From a virus (Duplodnaviria; Caudoviricetes): a stretch of 64,000 bases of DNA. The translations under genes were made by a program, and so were the position numbers. This document shows positions 18,801 through 26,519 of this stretch, piece by piece. Where the stretch lies: IMG/VR virus record IMGVR_UViG_3300027255_000165. One strand, given 5' to 3'. The notes beneath the pieces are model-generated. The model saw only the letters and a program-made list of their open reading frames with translations. It was not told the DNA's origin and did not search any database. Positions within the stretch are counted from its first letter, which is position 1. Each line of letters starts with the position of its first letter.

Positions 18801-19687
18801 CATTCCATAGTTGGCTTATTTTCCAAACAGTGAATCTGTGGAGGTACACCGTGGAGGCTGCCATGAACTCTGACATTATAAGCCATGTTTGAACTACAAA
18901 ATAGTCCACAACCACCGGCAATGTATTTGTATTTGTAATCTTGTGAGCCCTTTCGATAAGGTGCTCTTAGCTTTGGATCGATTGAAGATCCTAGTTGAAT
19001 GATTTCAACATCCGTGGTTCCAGCAATGTGAAGAATGCCAGAATCCATTGTTACCACTGCTTTAGCTCGGTGATTCATCATCCAACGTAAAGCTGGAATT
19101 GTAGTAATAGGATTGTTTAGCAAATTAACACCATGTTTGATGTTAATGTCCATTACAGGCTTTTGTACGCTATAGAACCCAACTTCCTTTGAATCATGAC
19201 CAATGGCAACCACTGGAATACCACGATCATTCAACCTGTCCACTAACTCTTGCCAATTAGCCTGATCCCAGGTTCTAGTGGCCCAAGTGTGAGTAGGGTG
19301 AATGATGACGTAATCTTTTACAGGTAATTCAAGTTCCTCTTCAATGTACAAGTCCGTTTCCATCTCATCAGGTGTGAGATTGAAACCTAAACTCATTGCG
19401 TGAAACTGACGAATTTCAGAGTTTGAGTGACGAAACTCAACCTTCTCGCCTTTCAAGTCATAAGTTGCACCAACTAAAGGCGCAAAAGTACGATAAACTT
19501 TGTAATCTGATTTGTCCGCATCTGAGTGAAACGCTTCCTTAACGCAAGGATGTCCTTCAAAGATTGAAGGTAAGCTCGTAAAAACTGTCACAGGCTGATT
19601 ATAGACCTGTGACAGTTTACGAAGCGTTGGAATAGCTGCAATTGTATCGCCCAGCGCAGGAGTATCAATCCATAACGCTACTTGCAT
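15830..19687 (-). CDS. 1285-aa multi-domain glycosyltransferase: GT9-like, GT-A-like, GT4-like and C-terminal Aah/TibC-type O-heptosyltransferase
   Basis: N-terminal ALGDTIA..P.LRKL and DSG.LHIAGT; central HLSTGGMPEF and S.WE..PL; C-terminal SGSLGDTL.W, QSTAQAKYWNNP.GW, GISSGLSWLAW and CNSCW..C..C. Confidence 0.85.
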   Translation of the reverse strand: MQVALWIDTPALGDTIAAIPTLRKLSQVYNQPVTVFTSLPSIFEGHPCVKEAFHSDADKSDYKVYRTFAPLVGATYDLKGEKVEFRHSNSEIRQFHAMSLGFNLTPDEMETDLYIEEELELPVKDYVIIHPTHTWATRTWDQANWQELVDRLNDRGIPVVAIGHDSKEVGFYSVQKPVMDINIKHGVNLLNNPITTIPALRWMMNHRAKAVVTMDSGILHIAGTTDVEIIQLGSSIDPKLRAPYRKGSQDYKYKYIAGGCGLFCSSNMAYNVRVHGSLHGVPPQIHCLENKPTMECHPGVNPVFEAVCQRYDVRPKIRLVHLLLKDDHSPERQQRSIDSISQLADRGIEYIQIWNERWKDAPPRETFEYPDQFDKVPIGPGHYGNYRAFVDSGLEHFTEDIDALIFAEGDSFLTKPIDEVVEDINRAYEACELHNISYFSFGSRYSLHDFNDLISSTRYKIGDIHVVNKVIGAQLVMLHNRVQYYCSDRFIHQKWTAADIYLNNIMMGKFNIGIFDQPVALQADGFSAIDSYNKIHADERSRNSKKRILFLAPHLSTGGMPEFLLGRLKALIDEPSVELHVVEFTCYATTYVVQRDQIRQMLGDRFHEIGHLGSMEDSEREERLKQIISQIQPDVIHIEESPEAFDGFNKMSEECQSWIYQSSHPWRIVETCHNIWFNPRENKRISPDAYLFVTPHHTLETFSEEPSEKFEAFYPIIPQTKSELQRRKSLEILELEHLSDAKHLINIGLWTQGKNQGEAVEWARTLEQQYPGQYQFHFIGNQAENFESYWGPIMQDLPPNVHIHGERNDINTFYQLADGVVFNSTWECNPLALRQALGYPIPVMARNLSQYHSMYTGQLTEIQGDTTDPLRLVEALKSPIHRKQNDQAMAKFKQEHLQAYMKTLKGPVIRTAQIRDGYTIQWNNGPTVRSKAGRPLDVEFWADGELVYKSTLQAEGYWCRPADEWFRDWTVKIDGKEHKMELEDKVAHIQFNSGSLGDTLSWVEAAVEFKFKHGLSKLYLSTHKNWLFDQDHYHLRGVEFIAPGDSPEDTYARWEVGVYMEDPPGTPWFPNRNKRDWRKIYLGDIATDHLGLPSIRKAPKLQYTSKHQQDRPYICIATQSTAQAKYWNNPTGWQDLIDHYTAKGYDVYHVSKEGNNDLKGFIQGPEDMGETFALINGAEVFYGISSGLSWLAWCTETPVVMISGFTPEECEFMDDKTLRIINKDVCNSCWAWDHFNRGDWNWCPTGKGNERHFECTKTISASSVIEQVNNWNYGKSIVTEESTHI

Positions 19688-19700
19688 CCTCTAATTTTTA

Positions 19701-19928
19701 TTAGATGGTACCTGGACGAACTACGCTGATTGCAGAAGCAAGCAGAACAGAATCACGAACGCTTAGAGCGCCAGTCTGTTGTGCTGCCATCGCAGCCTGA
19801 ATCAAAATGTTTAGAGCTGAATCAGCATCGATGTTCTTTGCTTCTTCAAACACTGGAGCGAATTGAGCTTTCAATTGCTCTTCATTAGCTTGATTCAAGT
19901 TTTCTTGAGTTGTTGTTTCTTGTGACAT
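19701..19928 (-). CDS. Hypothetical protein
   Basis: 75-aa ORF behind a TTGAAAC-N17-TATAATC promoter. Confidence 0.7.
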   Translation of the reverse strand: MSQETTTQENLNQANEEQLKAQFAPVFEEAKNIDADSALNILIQAAMAAQQTGALSVRDSVLLASAISVVRPGTI

Positions 19929-19950
19929 AATTAAATTGATTAAATGTATA

Positions 19951-19981
19951 GATTATATAACTTTCTTTAATTTTGTTTCAA
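19951..19981 (-). promoter_or_regulatory. Class M promoter TTGAAA-N18-TATAAT
   Basis: Identical -35/-10 hexamers and 18-bp spacer at 19952-19981, 24165-24194, 30902-30931, 31428-31457 and 44734-44763; variants at 3315-3344 and 37994-38023. Confidence 0.7.
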
Positions 19982-20401
19982 TCGGATGATGAACGCATGA
20001 AGATGTTCATACTGATCCATGATGTCACGGTGTAAATGATTGATGTTAGTGTATTTGTGCTCGAAGGTATAGATCACGTTATGATCCTGTGTTTCGACGA
20101 TAGCCCTTAGAGTCCAATAGGGTTTCTTTCTTAACAGAGATTTCCAGGGCTTGATGTTACCAACTTGAATTCTGGCTTCTCCAGCGTACGCATGTTGCAT
20201 ACGAACGTAAATTCGATATAGAATACCGTCTGCTCTTTGATCCACAATATCGATCTTGGTCAATTGATCGTTTGCTATTTGATACAATCGATCGACCGTA
20301 AAAACGTTGGAGCCCAAAACCTTTTGAACGGTCTTAGGCTCCAACTTTTTAGTTAAGTAAAGCTTGTCTGGAATGTGATTGTTCTGAAACTCTAAAAGCA
20401 T
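19967..20401 (-). CDS. Hypothetical protein
   Basis: 144-aa ORF. Confidence 0.65.
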   Translation of the reverse strand: MLLEFQNNHIPDKLYLTKKLEPKTVQKVLGSNVFTVDRLYQIANDQLTKIDIVDQRADGILYRIYVRMQHAYAGEARIQVGNIKPWKSLLRKKPYWTLRAIVETQDHNVIYTFEHKYTNINHLHRDIMDQYEHLHAFIIRLKQN

Positions 20402-20411
20402 TAACTAGAAC

Positions 20412-21257
20412 TTAATCAATTGCACCCATTGCACCTGGTCCACCTCTCTTAATAACTCGTTGAGATTCTTCTCTACGATTGATTAAACCGGGTTGTGGTT
20501 GTGGTTCTACTTCTTTACTTTTAAGTCCTTTATTCAAAGAAGAAATGCTTTCTGCAAACATTTTACGACCAGCTTCATACGCTGAATCAATCTCTTCCTT
20601 TTTTACAGGTTCTTCGACTGGAGCGTCGAATACGTCTTCACCCTCATCTTCATTATCGACTGTGAATACTTCACCAGCTAAAATTTCATCGATTACCTCT
20701 TCAGGAAGATCTTCAGTCCAATCTTTAGATTCAACTTCTTCAGATCTCATTGATTCATAATCTTCAATCTCTTGATTAAAAACTTCAGCTTCAATTTTAT
20801 CTTCAACTAGAGTGACTTGGGTTTCTGCAGGTTTGATGTAATCAACTAGAGATTTAATGAAACCAAGCGCTACAAGAGGTAGGATTGCTCCCGAAACAAA
20901 GGCAAGCACTCTCTTTTGAGCTAAAGGCTCCCATTCAACTAGATTGAAAAGTTCAATCCAAGATTGATAATCATGTAGATTAGTAAATGCATAATACATG
21001 TTACCTTGCATCTGCATTGCAGTGATCGCAAAGAATAGTAACCACACGATGGTCTTATTCATTTTATCCAGTGCCACTAACGAAGCTAAAGAAGCTGCTG
21101 CACCAAACTCGAACGCAATCGCCAAAGAAACTGCTAACCAGTAAGGATTTGACAGTTCGAAGAAGTCAATTACGTGAATAGTAGAGATAATAGATACGAT
21201 TGCATATAGAACCACAAACGTACTGATTACAAATCTACTTACTAATTTTTCGTTCAT
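20412..21257 (-). CDS. Membrane protein (4 TM) with acidic disordered C-terminus
   Basis: Four hydrophobic helices followed by an E/D-rich tail. Confidence 0.75.
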   Translation of the reverse strand: MNEKLVSRFVISTFVVLYAIVSIISTIHVIDFFELSNPYWLAVSLAIAFEFGAAASLASLVALDKMNKTIVWLLFFAITAMQMQGNMYYAFTNLHDYQSWIELFNLVEWEPLAQKRVLAFVSGAILPLVALGFIKSLVDYIKPAETQVTLVEDKIEAEVFNQEIEDYESMRSEEVESKDWTEDLPEEVIDEILAGEVFTVDNEDEGEDVFDAPVEEPVKKEEIDSAYEAGRKMFAESISSLNKGLKSKEVEPQPQPGLINRREESQRVIKRGGPGAMGAID

Positions 21258-21286
21258 AAGTATTCGCTATAATTTGAACGATTGAA

Positions 21287-21577
21287 TTACTTTTGCTCCT
21301 GAAGGGAGATGATTTCCTTTTCAATCGCATTTTGACGTTGAACGTCCAACATCTTACGATCAGTCGCTTGAATCATTCTCTTCTCAGCTTTTAGGGCTTC
21401 GATTTGAACGTCATTTCGAGTTGGAAGTGCGTCAATGATTTCTTTTTGAGCTCTAAACTCCTTTTTAACAAGAGTAAGTTCAGAGTCTACGCTGCATGAT
21501 TTCATGTAAGTCAAAAGCAATAGTGCAATGATTACTTTAGTGCCATGCTTGGCTAGGAATTGATTTAATTTATCCAT
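21287..21577 (-). CDS. Small lipoprotein/TM coiled-coil protein
   Basis: IIALLLLTYMKSC followed by a coiled coil. Confidence 0.65.
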   Translation of the reverse strand: MDKLNQFLAKHGTKVIIALLLLTYMKSCSVDSELTLVKKEFRAQKEIIDALPTRNDVQIEALKAEKRMIQATDRKMLDVQRQNAIEKEIISLQEQK

Positions 21578-21605
21578 AATAGTGATGTTTTTAATTTACA
21601 CTTGA

Positions 21606-22349
21606 TTATATATTCACTGTTTCTTTATAAGCCTTCAACCTTTCAGTGAAAAGGGTAAAGTAATACTTAATGTCTTCATTCGTTAGAGTGAACGTTTGAG
21701 GCATATTGTCAATCTCGTTAGCGATCCAAATTTCAGCTCCATCAGGTTTTACGCCGCTTCGCTCCCAATATGCAACCCAATACGCTGCAGCCTGCATAAA
21801 GTAATCTTGAATCCATTCATCTCTCTTAGGTTTGCGAGAGTTCTTATAATCAATGATCAGGATTTTACCATCAATCATTTCAGAGACGTTATCAGTGGTT
21901 CCAGCATAACCTCCGCCCTTTGCAGACCAAAGAAAGGTTTCAGCCTCAATCACTCGTTTTACTCGATCAAAGTATCGAGAATGATTATGCCAGAACTTCA
22001 TAAAGAAATCCCAACCATCTTGAACGTAATCAATGTGTTTCTTGATCTCTTTGTCCTTATGCATTAGTGCCTTCAAGAGTTCTAGACGCTCCTCAGGCTC
22101 CCCTTCTAAGGGCTTATATAACTCAAGTAATCGATGTAAGATGTTACCTCGACCTAACGACAGTGACGAGATACGGTTGGCCTCTTCTTCTCCAACTCTC
22201 TTTCTCCATTCATCAAGACCTGACTTATCTGAAGTTTCACCAAGAACGGTGGTGATAGAAGGAAAGAGACCGATGATTTTACCAGTCTCATTCTCCTTTA
22301 CTTCGTAATATCTACGGCCATTGACCTGTTTGCGTCGAATACTATGCAC
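21606..22349 (-). CDS. PD-(D/E)XK exonuclease (phage exonuclease family)
   Basis: PSITTVL, W...VG.EEA......RG..LH, AGTTD, IIDYKNS, Q..AY. Confidence 0.85.
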   Translation of the reverse strand: MHSIRRKQVNGRRYYEVKENETGKIIGLFPSITTVLGETSDKSGLDEWRKRVGEEEANRISSLSLGRGNILHRLLELYKPLEGEPEERLELLKALMHKDKEIKKHIDYVQDGWDFFMKFWHNHSRYFDRVKRVIEAETFLWSAKGGGYAGTTDNVSEMIDGKILIIDYKNSRKPKRDEWIQDYFMQAAAYWVAYWERSGVKPDGAEIWIANEIDNMPQTFTLTNEDIKYYFTLFTERLKAYKETVNI

Positions 22350-22800
22350 CCTTCAAATTATTTACAATTGTAGGAATATCTAACCAGATAAGTCCTTGTA
22401 TGGCCCAATAAATCGAGGTTACGATTAAAGAAGTAACCATGGACTGCCATAAGAATTTCCAAATATTTAGATTGTCTAATTCGGGCCACATCACAACTAA
22501 GAATGAAGCTGAATCAGGAACCTTTGAAATTGAAGGGTATGCGTAATCAGCAATACCGATTTGGAATAGAACGGTATTCATTGGTTTTAATTGACCAATG
22601 ACCCAACCCTGTTGAACGACTTCCATGTTAGTTTGAACCTCTTCAGGCATGTTAACGATGGTGTAAATTCGCCCTAACCAATCAACCCGCATACCGTTAT
22701 CATTAAGCAACTTTTCGCTCTGTTGAGCGGCTTTACGGAATCTCCACCAGATTTTTATCTCTGAAAAGAACTCTGACCAATATGCTAGTAAATTTCTCAT
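22342..22800 (-). CDS. Hypothetical membrane protein
   Basis: C-terminal TM helix. Confidence 0.65.
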   Translation of the reverse strand: MRNLLAYWSEFFSEIKIWWRFRKAAQQSEKLLNDNGMRVDWLGRIYTIVNMPEEVQTNMEVVQQGWVIGQLKPMNTVLFQIGIADYAYPSISKVPDSASFLVVMWPELDNLNIWKFLWQSMVTSLIVTSIYWAIQGLIWLDIPTIVNNLKGA

Positions 22801-22994
22801 TTTCTTTTAGTTGAAAACTTTGGTGTTAAGACCCAAAGAGCAACGTAAGTTATGATTGCTCCCGGAGGGAATAGTAATCCTGAAAGAACAAACGCTGCTC
22901 TTACTAGGATTGGATCTGTATTAAAATAAAATCCAAGACCTTGACAAACACCTGCGATGCTGCCTTTTTCTGGATTCCTTAGTAACTTTTTCAT
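22797..22994 (-). CDS. pspC: PspC-domain protein
   Basis: IAGVC.GLG.YF..DP.LVR..FV......G...Y..LW...P. Confidence 0.88.
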   Translation of the reverse strand: MKKLLRNPEKGSIAGVCQGLGFYFNTDPILVRAAFVLSGLLFPPGAIITYVALWVLTPKFSTKRK

Positions 22995-23926
22995 TTAACT
23001 TGTAATTTATTTATCACCGCACGACCTTCTTGCTCTTCCCAGTCTCTATTAGCACGAACTCGGTTGTTTGTTTCATTTGCACCGTCAAGAACAGGCGTTT
23101 GAACTTCAAATTGTGATGCTACATATCGAAGGGCGGTAAGGTCCTTAGGGAAACAATGGCCTCCGAAGCCACGGTCACCGTCAGGACCTGGAACCATCCA
23201 ATGTGAACCTCCAAGACGCTTGTCAAGTTTAGCTAGTTCAATCATTTTACTGTAGTCAACGTGACTGGCTTTACATAGATCATAGATCTCGTTTGCAAAA
23301 CTGACCTTGACCGATAGAAAGGTGTTGGTGGTGTATTTGACCATTTCAGCTGTAGTTGAATCGGTCGTTTGAATTGGCACGCCTGGAAATGCTGTTTGAA
23401 ATACGTCAACCACTGGTTCGAGGGCTGCCGGCTCGCCACCAAGGATGATTCGATCCTGATTCATAAAATCTTGAATAGCGTTAGCTTCAGTCAAGAACTC
23501 AGGATTAAATGTTACGTTAACGTACTCTGAACGATGATCGTTCAAGAATTTTGTTGTACCCGGAGGTACGGTTGATTTTACCACTAAAGTGATTGGGTGG
23601 TTCAATTCACCTGCATCATGGAGAAGAGTTGCAAGCGCATCTAGTTCTGCAACCACTGATTCAACGATTCCAGTGTGACATTCACCGGTTTCAAGATCCA
23701 TCGGAGTTGGAACGCAAACAAATACAACCTCACACTTGCGAAGAATTTCAGCAGGTTGGTGAGTTGTTTTATTTGTCTCATACTTATCGTATGTCATGAC
23801 ATTGAATTCATTATCTAATCCAACTCGAACGGCCGTGCCAACAAAGCCTTGGCCAATGATACCTACTGGTGTTTTGGTATATCCCATTTGTTTTTGATTT
23901 GTTTGTAATGCGTATTGATCTCTCAT
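22991..23926 (-). CDS. ugd: UDP-glucose/GDP-mannose dehydrogenase family (phage truncated form)
   Basis: GQGFVG, VCVPTP, KSTVPPG, NPEFL, GFGGHCFPKD. Confidence 0.88.
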   Translation of the reverse strand: MRDQYALQTNQKQMGYTKTPVGIIGQGFVGTAVRVGLDNEFNVMTYDKYETNKTTHQPAEILRKCEVVFVCVPTPMDLETGECHTGIVESVVAELDALATLLHDAGELNHPITLVVKSTVPPGTTKFLNDHRSEYVNVTFNPEFLTEANAIQDFMNQDRIILGGEPAALEPVVDVFQTAFPGVPIQTTDSTTAEMVKYTTNTFLSVKVSFANEIYDLCKASHVDYSKMIELAKLDKRLGGSHWMVPGPDGDRGFGGHCFPKDLTALRYVASQFEVQTPVLDGANETNNRVRANRDWEEQEGRAVINKLQVK

Positions 23927-24141
23927 AATGTGTTCTGAATTTTGTCTTCTTCAACGTAAGCTAGAAGACTTGTATAAGCTCTTTCAGTTCCTTCAATATA
24001 GAATACGTCAACCTTACCGGGTAGATCATACTTGTTATGAATCATTTGACCGAATCGAATGTCATTGTTGTTTCTACCCTCACCGAATTCAACAGCCCAT
24101 GAAAGATATTCACCATTAAGACGTTCAAGTGTAAGTTGCAT
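23923..24141 (-). CDS. Hypothetical protein
   Basis: 72-aa ORF behind a class M promoter. Confidence 0.6.
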   Translation of the reverse strand: MQLTLERLNGEYLSWAVEFGEGRNNNDIRFGQMIHNKYDLPGKVDVFYIEGTERAYTSLLAYVEEDKIQNTL

Positions 24142-24180
24142 GCTCTCTATTTTAAAGATTATAGATTATATAGCCCGATT

Positions 24181-24615
24181 TTATTTTGTTTCAAATTCTC
24201 CATCCAACCATCGCTGTTTAACTTTTTCAGCGATTGGAATTGGGTTACCGTCTTCGTCGATTCGAACGAATGTAATTGATGTTGATAGAATAATGTCTTC
24301 GTCTTGAGTGTAAACGTTATACGCTCTAGCTTCTAACATCATTTTGATTGAGGTTGAACCGATATTCATAACCTTACCGTAGATTTTCAACATTGAACCC
24401 TCTTTGGCTGGTTTCTTGAACACACACTCATCGATGCAGATGGTAACCATTCGACGATTTCGACACACTTCCATTGCATAAGCAGCGGCCGCGGTATCGA
24501 TCCACGCCATTAGAATTCCACCAAACAAATTGCCGTGAAACCCAAGGTCACCCTTTTTAATTAACTGTGAAGTAAGTAGCTGCATTCCGTTATCGGCAAT
24601 CACATTCATAATCAC
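24181..24615 (-). CDS. Acyl-CoA thioesterase (hotdog fold)
   Basis: G.LFGG.LMAWID...A; FVRIDE.G.P.P. Confidence 0.88.
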   Translation of the reverse strand: MIMNVIADNGMQLLTSQLIKKGDLGFHGNLFGGILMAWIDTAAAAYAMEVCRNRRMVTICIDECVFKKPAKEGSMLKIYGKVMNIGSTSIKMMLEARAYNVYTQDEDIILSTSITFVRIDEDGNPIPIAEKVKQRWLDGEFETK

Positions 24616-25186
24616 GAAAATCTGAACTGGTTGGAACTTTATTAGGGAACCAAAAACACATCATTGTATCTCCTACCATGATCTGCTTGTAAAAACCTTC
24701 TGGAATCGCGGCACCTGCTAGAACTCTTTTAGGTGAATCTGAGAAGTCAACTTCGATAGTAACGGTAACATCTCCAAACTCTGTAAGATCTCTCTCAAAC
24801 TCTTCTAAATACTTCCAGGTGGTTCTATTCAGCTTCTCCTGTTGTAGAGCACAATTTAAGTACGTAAAGGTTGCATCCATTGCATCTTGATCACATTTGT
24901 AATCAGCCGCAGGAGCTAAATGACCTTTGTCCCATTCGTTCTTATAATAATCTGCATCATCAGAAGTATGGATGTAATCTGGTTTATAGAAATCCAAACC
25001 GTTTCGTGTTGCATCACCCTCTGTACATAGGATAATGTAATTAACCACCAAGGGTTGCTCAAGCTCTTGAGAATACAACCCATCCATATAGGTTGAATAC
25101 CATTCTACTCCGTTGTAATCAGTGTACTGTTGCGCACAGCCTTGAAGCGCAATCAGTGACAGTAATAAAAGACCTAATCTTTTCAT
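24590..25186 (-). CDS. DNA/RNA non-specific endonuclease (NucA-like), lipoprotein signal
   Basis: DKGHLAPAAD, N..TWK.LE..ER, IPEGFYK; LQGC lipobox. Confidence 0.9.
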   Translation of the reverse strand: MKRLGLLLLSLIALQGCAQQYTDYNGVEWYSTYMDGLYSQELEQPLVVNYIILCTEGDATRNGLDFYKPDYIHTSDDADYYKNEWDKGHLAPAADYKCDQDAMDATFTYLNCALQQEKLNRTTWKYLEEFERDLTEFGDVTVTIEVDFSDSPKRVLAGAAIPEGFYKQIMVGDTMMCFWFPNKVPTSSDFRDYECDCR

Positions 25187-25422
25187 TAATCGTTAAATGT
25201 TAAATTGTGATTGTGCATAATTTCTCGAATGTCATCGCGAAGTTTGTAATAGGCTTCCACTACCTTTGGGTCATCTTTATCCGATGAGTACTTGCTTCGA
25301 GCTCGTAAATCTTGATCCAATTCCCACATTGCCATTTTCCATTTACCACCATTAATGGCATCTTCAAATTCAGTGCGGTCAAAGTTATCACCGTTAAAAT
25401 CAAATTCTAAAACTGCTTTCAT
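25186..25422 (-). CDS. Hypothetical phage protein
   Basis: MKAVLEF...D...F.DA.NG.KWK pattern common in phages. Confidence 0.7.
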   Translation of the reverse strand: MKAVLEFDFNGDNFDRTEFEDAINGGKWKMAMWELDQDLRARSKYSSDKDDPKVVEAYYKLRDDIREIMHNHNLTFND

Positions 25423-25619
25423 ATCTCGTTATCAATAATTTCTTCTGGAAGTTTGTTAAGACCATATCCATTAATGTCCATATCGTATTTGTCGCCTCGG
25501 TTGTATTGTTCAATGTTAGCTGCTTTTTTAGCATCTTCAAAATCCTCATACACACCAACCACATAAGAATGTTCACTTAAAGTGGTACGATGTGCAGTTA
25601 CTACCCAGATGTTTTTCAT
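25419..25619 (-). CDS. Hypothetical protein
   Basis: ATGA-coupled ORF. Confidence 0.65.
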   Translation of the reverse strand: MKNIWVVTAHRTTLSEHSYVVGVYEDFEDAKKAANIEQYNRGDKYDMDINGYGLNKLPEEIIDNEI

Positions 25620-26296
25620 TCCTTGATGGTGTTAACGGCTTGTTCTAATTTTTCTAACTGTTCTTCAAATCGTTCAATACTACCCCAGATGATTGAAGCA
25701 TTCGGATCTAATTTTAAGATTTGTTCAACTAACTCTTTTTGTCTTCCACGAGAATAATATCCGTGTTCAATATCATCAGCAAGATCCTGTAAGTGGTTTG
25801 GCCCACTAATAGAAATACGAAGGTCATAATTATACCATTTAGTCTTCCAATCCCAGAACTGAATACCCTTAGTCAGTTTACGATGCAAATTGCTCAATCT
25901 ATGATTACGAACTCGAACCACTGATTTATCATCTCCAAACACGTGTAAGAAACGTAAGAACCATCTAGGGCACCACTTTGGTTTTGCTTCATAATCCATT
26001 GCTAATACCAGTGGCATCAGAGCTCGATAGTATGGACTATCTTCTTGATAGAACGTAATGTTCATGTAACCATAACGTTCCAACTTAGATGGAAAGAAGA
26101 TGTAACGAAGATCGGACCATTCCAAATCGCGAGTGTGGATCAGAACGCGTTTGCGGCCTTTCCAAAATAGAAGAGATTGACCAAAGTCCTTCAACTTTTG
26201 GCTTCGACTACGAGTGTCAATATGCTTGAACTTGCTCTCGATCTTGGTCGATTTGCCCTTTATCTTGTACCATAAATCAGGATTAATAATGCTCAT
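25616..26296 (-). CDS. Hypothetical protein
   Basis: 226-aa coupled ORF. Confidence 0.7.
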   Translation of the reverse strand: MSIINPDLWYKIKGKSTKIESKFKHIDTRSRSQKLKDFGQSLLFWKGRKRVLIHTRDLEWSDLRYIFFPSKLERYGYMNITFYQEDSPYYRALMPLVLAMDYEAKPKWCPRWFLRFLHVFGDDKSVVRVRNHRLSNLHRKLTKGIQFWDWKTKWYNYDLRISISGPNHLQDLADDIEHGYYSRGRQKELVEQILKLDPNASIIWGSIERFEEQLEKLEQAVNTIKE

Positions 26297-26466
26297 ATAA
26301 ACCAGCTTTTATCGTTATTGCCCTTTTCGTTAAACATTAGTGACACGCCCCACTTCAACCAGATCAATTGCACTTCGTGAAAACCATTTAGTAGTCGGTC
26401 ATGAGTGATCTTGACCGTTGGAGTCAAATACGTTTGACTCCAGATGTTGAAGAATTCTAATTTCAT
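26293..26466 (-). CDS. Small hypothetical protein (57 aa, MKLEFFNIWSQ...)
   Basis: Manually translated; ATGA overlap with the 26296 start. Confidence 0.55.
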   Translation of the reverse strand: MKLEFFNIWSQTYLTPTVKITHDRLLNGFHEVQLIWLKWGVSLMFNEKGNNDKSWFI

Positions 26467-26519
26467 ATCCTATTCGCTTAGGATGGTTATACTATAATAG
26501 AACGTAAAGTTTCATCCGT

